Assembly: GCA_002344825.1 (NCBI GenBank)
Contig: DDUN01000034.1
Location: 15,171-77,774 of the forward strand
Length of the DNA: 62,604 bases
Direction of reading: 5' to 3'
From: Candidatus Multiplicimicrobium inquinatum
GTDB taxonomy: Bacteria > Omnitrophota > Omnitrophia > Omnitrophales > Aquincolibacteriaceae
Positions 15,767 through 24,100 of the stretch are shown piece after piece (the first letter of the stretch is position 1; each line of letters starts with the position of its first letter). Both the position numbers and the translations under genes were made by a program. The notes beneath the pieces are model-generated. The model searched no databases. It was not told the DNA's origin and saw nothing but the letters and a program-made list of their open reading frames with translations.

Positions 15767-15799
15767 GGGGCAGAGCATTCGCGCTCTGCCCCTATTTTC
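15767..15799. terminator. Intergenic hairpin, possibly a bidirectional terminator
   Basis: Stem GGGGCAGAGC (15767..15776) pairs with GCTCTGCCCC (15783..15792), leaving a 6-nt loop, with A/T-rich flanks. It sits between the convergent genes ending at 15749 (+) and 15803 (-). Confidence 0.5.
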
Positions 15800-15802
15800 A
15801 TT

Positions 15803-17539
15803 TTACCCGGTAACAACGAGGCGGATCTCGGCAGGTAACTTTCGCGCCAACGCGCGAAAAACTTCCCCGCGAATCATATTCACCAAAGCACTTTTCTTCG
15901 TCGTTCCGATCACCACGGTCTTAACACTTAATGCTTTTGCGGCATCCGCAATCAACCGTCCGGGATCCGCGCCAATTTGCCAAACCGGTATCGCAGTGAT
16001 GCCATTCTTTTCTAATTCCGCTTGCGCTGTTGAGAAAACGTGAATCGATTCGGGAGAAGGCTCCACTTCATCCAGCAGCACCGAGCTTGCCGGAGCATCA
16101 TCCACGTAACTTAAATAGACCGTGTTTTCCCCTTTGGCAGTAGCGCGCATCACGGCTTCTTCAATTAAGTTCATATTCATATATTTAAGAGCCACCATCG
16201 TCGAAGCTGGATAAAGAGAGGCGAGCTCGCCGGCCTCTTCGACTGTCAAAACATTCAGCATGCCTTCGGCTTCTTCCACTGGAGTCTTCACAGGAACACG
16301 TTTCGAAAGCGCACTAATCAAAAATCCGCCGCCCACAATCGCGACAGCAAACAAAAGCGCCTTAGGCTTTTGCATACAAATCGTTAACTCCACCAAAAGC
16401 ATAATCAGCGCGGAGCCGCGCAGCAAAATCTTTTCCCACGGCTTCATGCTTAACCGGGAATTAGTCGCGCAAAAAGCTAAATTAAGCCCAATCGCACCCA
16501 CAACGCCCACGGCATAAAGTTCAGCCAAACCCAAAACATTCGGCTCAACGACAAGCACAATCACGGGAATTAGAGTTCCAATCGCAAGCGGAAGCCAGGG
16601 CATCCCAAAACGATTCAGCTGCGTAAAAACAGACGGCAATTCACGGTCTTTCGCGAGCGAAAATTGAATATTTACAAGCGCGCCAATCGCGGTGTTTGCG
16701 GCCGAAAGCAAAAGCAAACCAAAAGTGACCGCGATCACCTGCCCATACAAGGGACCCGCGTAATGTTCCGCGATCGTGCGCATCATTGCCTCGGCATGGT
16801 TTCCAATTTCGAGACCGGGAATCGCATTCATCGCAATTCCCAACAAAAAAGTCAAAATGGAAACTTCAAGAAGAACGGGAAAAATAGCTTTCTTGGCTGT
16901 TTTTTCAACGGGGTTTTGCATAATGCCGGTCATATTCGCCACTGCTTCAACCCCGGAGAGAGCCAAAACAATGCCAACAAAAGAACTCCAGTTCTCAAGC
17001 AAACTTCCCTTCGGCATGGTCAATTCGACCTGAGGTAATCCGGGAACAGTGTAGAAAAATAAAACAAAAGCAGACAAGGAAGCGGCGATCGCAATCAAGG
17101 CGGCAAAACTACCGACTTTCCCGGGACCAATCCAATTAATCAATCCAATAATCACGATTGAAATAACAGCCCATAATTCCGGATCGGGAACGCGTAAATA
17201 GTGGAAAGCTTCAATTGCGCTGATAGCCGCCGTAACGGTATACCCCGCTACAAGCAAAAATGCGCCGACCATGGCAAGAACTCTTGACCGGCTTTTTGCG
17301 GCGGAGTAAACCCCGCCTCCATCAGGAAAGAGCCGGCAAATAATCACATAACAAACGCCCACTGCGGCTGTCAACAAAGACATTAGTCCAAGAAAAAACC
17401 AAGAGGCGTGGCCGGATAAAGCGAATGCGATACCGAGCACATACGCTTTGCTCGTACCCCAATCGCCGTAAAGAAGAGCTCCCGCCTGATACCATTTAAG
17501 GTCGCGCGGGCGGTTAACCCTTTTCAGCATCAATGCCAT
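15803..17539 (-). CDS. APC-superfamily permease with a C-terminal universal stress protein (Usp) domain
   Basis: 578-aa ORF with about 12 hydrophobic segments. It has FPDGGGVYSAAK and LYGDWGTSKAYV motifs reminiscent of the KimA/APC family. The C-terminal roughly 140 aa end in VVIGTTKKS...GEVF...RLVV, which is Usp-like. Confidence 0.8.
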   Translation of the reverse strand: MALMLKRVNRPRDLKWYQAGALLYGDWGTSKAYVLGIAFALSGHASWFFLGLMSLLTAAVGVCYVIICRLFPDGGGVYSAAKSRSRVLAMVGAFLLVAGYTVTAAISAIEAFHYLRVPDPELWAVISIVIIGLINWIGPGKVGSFAALIAIAASLSAFVLFFYTVPGLPQVELTMPKGSLLENWSSFVGIVLALSGVEAVANMTGIMQNPVEKTAKKAIFPVLLEVSILTFLLGIAMNAIPGLEIGNHAEAMMRTIAEHYAGPLYGQVIAVTFGLLLLSAANTAIGALVNIQFSLAKDRELPSVFTQLNRFGMPWLPLAIGTLIPVIVLVVEPNVLGLAELYAVGVVGAIGLNLAFCATNSRLSMKPWEKILLRGSALIMLLVELTICMQKPKALLFAVAIVGGGFLISALSKRVPVKTPVEEAEGMLNVLTVEEAGELASLYPASTMVALKYMNMNLIEEAVMRATAKGENTVYLSYVDDAPASSVLLDEVEPSPESIHVFSTAQAELEKNGITAIPVWQIGADPGRLIADAAKALSVKTVVIGTTKKSALVNMIRGEVFRALARKLPAEIRLVVTG

Positions 17540-17588
17540 GAGAAATCAGCTCCGGAAATTCCGGATTGAACCGAGTCTTTCAATGAAA

Positions 17589-17723
17589 TCAGCCGTTGGC
17601 CGGCTTATCTCCCTCGGTGTGGGAAGCGGCGTTGTCGGGACCATGTCCGGAACAAGCCAGCGCAGAAACCTGAGTCAAAATCAAACAAGCAGCAAGAACC
17701 AATGCAATTTTAAATGAGTTCAT
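17589..17723 (-). CDS. Small putative lipoprotein (44 aa)
   Basis: A perfect AGGAGG lies 6 nt upstream of the ATG at 17723. Product MNSFKIALVLAACLILTQVSALACSGHGPDNAASHTEGDKPANG, with a lipobox-like ALAC. It sits immediately upstream of the permease gene. Confidence 0.4.
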   Translation of the reverse strand: MNSFKIALVLAACLILTQVSALACSGHGPDNAASHTEGDKPANG

Positions 17724-18160
17724 ATCCCCTCCTGAAAGGTAATGATCAATATAGCAGAAAGAGGCGGCAAATCAATAAGCGGCTCAAAATGACGGCTCTA
17801 TTGTTAATAAAAATTTAATTTTTCCTGCTTTTTCTATTGGAAGAATTCCGTGCGCGAACCTTACGGAGACTTTTCCGAATGACACGAGCTTTTTTTAATG
17901 CCGGTAAAGGAGCGGAACCGCCATCACCTCTTGAGAATAATCCGGCCCGGTGCCGGGCGTCCGTTTCAGAAAAAACAAACGCACCGCTGTAAGCTTCGGA
18001 GCAAGAGTAAAACCCGGTCCTTATGATTTGCGAATCCGAGAATTTCTCGCGTTTCAAAAAAAACTCCTTAGCTATCCAAAAAAAGGCGTCTCCATCCGCC
18101 CGCCATCCCCCGGGGGAAGGGGGTTGAGGGACAGCGAAACGGATGAAGCGCTTAAAATCA

Positions 18161-21100
18161 TTATGCTGAAGTTTGAGTTACCTTCACAACGTCATAGAGC
18201 TGACTAATCCATGCTGAAATCTGAATCCAACGCATTCCGGGCAAGTTTAACCGCTGCGGCTGACCTAAAACTAAAACGTGTCCCGCTGCCATCGGCGCGG
18301 AAAGCAAAAGCATTTCATCATCGGCCTCAGAGGGTTTTTCTGGTGATTCAACCTGAATCACATTTGTCGGATCAAACTCTGCCCCCAAATAATTTCGCAT
18401 CCAGCTTTCAGAAGATGCCTCCGAAAACTCAAAACTAAAAATGCCACGGCGTATTTCAGCGGCCAGCTCACGCGAATAAAGCGCTCTGTCGATTACGTTT
18501 TCCGCGGGCGCCCGCATAACAATCCGAACTCCAGCAGGCATCTTCGCCATAAACCGGCGAATCCATTTCGGATCATAAGGACGTTCAAAAATCACAACGC
18601 CGCTGTCTGAAATCTGATTGCCCAAAATGCGCGACGAAGCTTCCTGTAAAGTTCGCTTCGGCAATGCCATTAGCTCACGCATTTCAGAACGCATCTGATC
18701 AGCCTTGATACCGGAACGCATTGCGTCTTGCGCCTGCAAACCAGATAACAAGCCCGCCCCTTTCACTTCTGATCTCTCCGCAAGAGAAACTTGTCTAACT
18801 TCACTGCGGCTAAATAACTGATAAGCCACAGCCTTCACAAACTCCTTCGGCTGCGAACGATATCGGTCAAAAAAATCCGCCATCTCATCCGGCTTTATTT
18901 TTTCTCCGTACGCGTTCTCATCCGAATGTAAAGCAGCTGACAAAGAAACAAGCTTTTGCCGATAGGGCTCTGCGATTTCAGGCTCCATTCCGTTTAACCC
19001 GCGTGAGTCTAGTTCTCGCCGAATAAATTCGGCCGTCGCATATTGAATCTCCGGTTTAGCCGAAATCCGGCCGCCTTCAAAGCGCACCTCTTTTTCTACT
19101 TCCGCAAATTGGCGTTCTTTTTCTTGAATAAATTCTCGCTGAGCTTTTTCTAAGGCAGCCTGAGCCTCTTGAATCGCACGATCCATGGCATCAAGACGCG
19201 GATTTTTCTTCATGCGCGGCGCGGATTGAGCGGGCGGACCTTTCCGATTGGGATCAGGAAAGTGCATATAGTCCGGCGGCTCAATGCGTTTAGGCTCTAG
19301 CCCTTCGATCCGAATCGGCCGCAAGATACTGTCCATGACCTGTAAATGCGGCAAAAGATGGTCCGCAGACCGTGGTGACGCGGTCGTGTGCGTTCCCGCG
19401 CCGGAACGTGTATTGTTCGGGTTAAACTTAACGATATAGCTCCAGGGGCGATACCAAACCGGGCGCGCGGTATAAGCGGCAATACTGTGAATCAAAACAT
19501 ACCCGGAAAGAACCAAACGAAAATCATCCAACGCCAACCCAAACAACTGCTGAGCCAATCTTCTCTTGGAAATATCTCCTTTAGTGGCTGTGCTAATCGT
19601 AATATGCTGCTGTGAAGCTTTTTCACTTTTGGATCCTTCGTCACCGATTAAAACATTGTGCGCCCCCACCAACGACAGACCGAATAAATAAGAGTAAGGA
19701 AACAAAACCTGCGAAAGAATCGTAATCAATTGCTTGAAAACCATTTGAAGCGCATCGAGGTCATCCGCCAAGGCCGGCACACCGCTTTTATTAAGAAAGC
19801 CAAGATTAATCCAAGCTCGGTTTCCGCCAATTTGATCATCTAACATTCTATCCGCGCTGGTTGCCTCCGCATGAGCTCCATTAATCCCATAAGATTGAGA
19901 AAAGCTTTTACGGAACACTGTTTCTAAAATCTTGCCCACTTCTTCCTGAACTCCGACAAAAGAAAAAAACTTCATTCCGCCGCGATCAAAAAAACTTCTA
20001 GTATTCCCATCCCGCAAGCTTACAAGCCACCGATAACCCAAAGTAAAAATGGGAAAAGCAAAAAACATATAAAAAAGAGCGTCGCCCAATCCCGGAAGGA
20101 AAAATATCTGGGCAGCAAAAAAAGTCAGGGAAAAAGTCCAGACGGCCGCTTTTTGATAGTCGCGTGTCTTGCCTGAAAACGCATGACGCTGGGTTGATTG
20201 ATAAACGGCGATACTCCATGCCGTAATTGCAATCACGGTAAAAATAGCCAAAAATAAAGTAACCGGAGAAAGCGCTAAAACGGCAGACACATAGCCTCCC
20301 AAACCATGCAATACCGCAAATAGACTGGGCACTTTCCCAGCCACGGTTAAGCCGATATAAACCCATGCCGCCGCCAAAGAAACAGTGCTCTCTGAGATGC
20401 GGCGCCCAAATGATTTTCCGGCTTTGACTAAGTTCGTATGCGTATTTTCGTCATCGCTTTTTTGACCCAACACCGCGGGAGCTGTTTGATCAATAAAATG
20501 ATCCCATTCTTTTTCAAGAAAATTAATATCGTCATCCGTAAACTCACTTCCAAAAATCGGCCGCCCGGCGATTTGGGAAGGCAAGCTCCGCACAGCTGAT
20601 GAAACGAGCTCCATAAAAGTTGCGCGGGTAGAGGCGTAGGCCCCCATTCCCAGTTCCGTCGGACTCCACTCGGTCCGTATAATTAAAGTTCGCTCAAGTC
20701 CCACAGCGCGGCTCATTTGACTGTGCTCATCCGCCGTCGCGACAAAAAGCTCTTCGATCACACGCGCAAGCATGAGAGCCCCTGTCGAAGAGTTAAAATG
20801 CTGCCCGGATCCGGAAGAAGCAATCGCAACCACAAAAGGATTGGTCAGGCTCAGCTGCTCTTTAAAGCCTTCCACATCCATCTCTCCCGGAGGCAAAAGT
20901 TTTGAAGCATCCTCTTTATCTCTTAAATGCGCATTCGCTTCGCGGTCAATCTCGTTGGAATCGTAAACACGTGTCTGAAAATGCGGGTAAACTTTTTTTA
21001 GAATTTTTTCAATCATTTTCAAAATTTGCTCATTTTTTTCTTTTCCGAAAAAAACCGCGTCATAACTGTGATGAGGCTCTTCGTCTGCTTGCGGCAGGAA

Positions 21101-24100
21101 CGACTGAATCAACTGAAAATCCAGCCGATTCTCCTTCAAAGCGTTCAGCAGCGGCTCTTGGCTTTTCAATAAATTAGCGGCCGCTAAATCTCGATAGTCA
21201 GATAAGTCGTATTCCGACAATAATTTAATTGAAAATTCTGTCACAGCATTTCTTATGGTTTCCTGGGAAATAGATTCTTGATTATGAGATGAATTCAAAT
21301 GCCTTCCCGCGATTTCCAAAGCAAAAGGCTTGAGCACGCTTTTCACTACATCAGGATTCACGATTAAATTACTGATATCACGGCGGAACGCGGCCACCAA
21401 AATTTGTCTCGCCGACTTTTTTTGCTCTTCCGTCGCATTTACCAAGCCCAAATCCGCTAAAAATGATTCCATTTTGACTTCCGCCCATTTCATAAAAACA
21501 TCGTCTCCCAGCCCGCTTTCAATACCGACGCGGCTCTGCCGCATAATCAACCGTCCGATTGGCCCGGCAAGAATCACTTTGATAATTTCCAGCATCACAA
21601 AGAAATTATGTTTCTCTGCCGTGTAAGGAGGCATTTTGGGACGCCTCAAATCGCGCGGGTCTTTAAATTCATCGCGGATAACTTTCAAATAAGCCGGAAT
21701 GGAATTTAATTCAAGCTGCGCGGGGTCTTTGTTTTGAGAAACTTCAATCGGCTTAGCGGGACGGAGCCGGGCATAGATTTCATCCTGGGTTAAAAATCGC
21801 CCGGATGCGCCGTTTTCATCTTTCAGCGTCAGCGAATAAACTTTGATACCGATAGTCTCCCCGTCATGCGTCACCTCAGCAACTTCACCCAGCCCGTTTA
21901 AATCCAAAAGAAACTCATACCCATCCACGCGCCCGGCATTGGCCTCAGAGTTAGACCCTACCTGAACCATGCCGTTTTTTTTACCAAAACCCAAAGTAAT
22001 GTTTTGTCCCAGCGAAAAAGAAATTTTTGTGCGCGGCTGAAGCGAAGAATACGCGTTAACACCGGCCGAACCGCGCACATTTTTGGAAATATAAATCCAA
22101 GAATTTAAAAGGTTATGTCGCAGAAAAGCATAAACGGCCGTTTCAATGAATTGCGCGCTTTCCTTTTCACCCATTTGTTTGAAAAGAGCCTGAGCAGAGC
22201 CGGAAGCTTGATTCATTTGAGTTAAAATTTTTTCCTGCAAACCGCCCAAGTCCTCGTCCGAAATGTCGGCCAAATCCGTAAGACCGCGAATTTTGTCCAT
22301 TCCGCCTGCTTGAGCAAAAGCTTGTTCAAGAAATGCGGCTAAAACTTTCACTTCGCCCGGTTTTAATGCGTGGTTGGGAGCTTGTGCTTCTTCAGCATCG
22401 TTTTTGGGAATAAAACCGCCGAAGTAATATTCAAGATCGGGCGCCACCGAGGCGTAATGGGCAAACTGTACCGTGTCTTCCCAGCGGCCCTGAACATAAA
22501 CTAAATCCTGAACCCCTGATAATTTGGGAGAGTCTCCCGTTGTCGGATTGTAAATACCTTTTATTCTTTTGAGCACCCAGGCAATTTGCTGATTCGAATA
22601 AGCTTTTCCATCCAACTCTATTTCGAGCGCTTCTTTCTGTCTGCGGGAAAAGAAGGCGCGAATCCGCTCAGAAAAAGTTTTTACCAAGTCATTAAAATCG
22701 CCGTTATGCCCCAAAACGACATAAACTTTTTTAACAATATATTCAAACCCTTTCGCGGTGCCGGTTAAAACTTTAGACTCACGCTGTCCCACCCAGCCAT
22801 GCGGATGCGCACCGTTTTCAATCGCGGTAATTGAAAAATCGCCTTTTTTGGCACCTGCGGTCGGAAAACGCAAATGGTCGCCAATATGAATGTAAAAAGG
22901 AATCTTCATCGCTCTGGCTCTTTTTAAAACAAGCGGCTTAAATTGATTCTCAAAAACATCTGCGGCGGTTTGCCGGGAATCAATGTAGTATTTTTCGTGA
23001 ACGATCTCCTGGTTTCCGTTTAAATCTTCCATAATGGCAAAAAATCCGATGGCGATTTTTCCGCGTTTTTCAGTAACGATGATACTTTCTTTCAAACGGG
23101 CGAGATATTTATCTAAGTCCGCCGGCTTTTTCACAAATCCCATGATGGAGGTATTACCGCAAGCCGCAAGCCAGTCCTCGCTCGGCGGATTAAAAATATC
23201 GGAAATAGAAGCGGCAATCTTGGCGAGAATGCCGCCCGAGACACCTGTGTAAAAAAACATAATCGGAATAAATAAAAGCAAAGTTTTTCCGAAGAAAATA
23301 ACCAGTGCGGCAAAAGCCATCACGCCCAAAACAAAACCCGCGATTCTTACGGCTCCAACCCCTTTTGTTTCAGATTGATCCAATTGGACATAAGCGGAGG
23401 GCATAGGCGTAAACGGCATCAACCCTGCTAAGAGTCTGAAAATATTACGATTACCGGTCCAGTTGTGAAAATTTTTTATGGTTTTTACCTTCCCCATAAA
23501 AGCGCTGGCAATCAAATGCCCCCACTCGTTAAGCATCATCCCCGCTAAGTAACCGGCACGCAGAGAAATCAAAAGAAGCGCTCCCGCCGCGGCTGTAAGT
23601 CCGCTTGTTGATAAAGCAGCGGCTAAATCCAAACCTAAAACAACGGGCAAAGTCATACCTAAAAACGGAAGGCTCAAAAAGGAAACGACTGCGACAGTAA
23701 GCACAATTTCAAAAACCGGAAACGTCCAACTGCTTGTCTTACCCGAAAAAACAGGCTCTGTATCAAGCTCGGCGGTATTCAACCCATCATCCGTAACCTT
23801 CTCATCCAACTCAACGGGAATGGTATCGGGAACTCCCTGCCGTATATGTTTCATGCGCGCTACTACGGCCTCCCAATACTCAAGAGCACCCGCGCCAAAA
23901 CCCTCCGGATTAAGGTTTTGAATTTTTGACAGCCTCTTGCTGATTTCTTCCAATTTTTCAAATCCTTCGTCACCCCCCCATGTTTTAATAACCGCGAGAT
24001 CCGGCAAGCCTTCAAACCACCGACCTGCCTCTAAAGAACCGCCTCTTTCTGCTTCGGTTAAGATCGTTTTATGAGGCAAAACAGGTGCCTCCTCTACAAT

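Noticed and set aside
17724-18160. I scanned the 437-nt spacer downstream of giant B for an RNA gene or a terminator. It contains the palindrome CCCCCGGGGG and a CGAGAATTTCTCG hairpin.
   Set aside because: The hairpins have little or no loop, or lack a correctly placed U-run on the minus strand. I saw no tRNA-like or other recognisable RNA signature.
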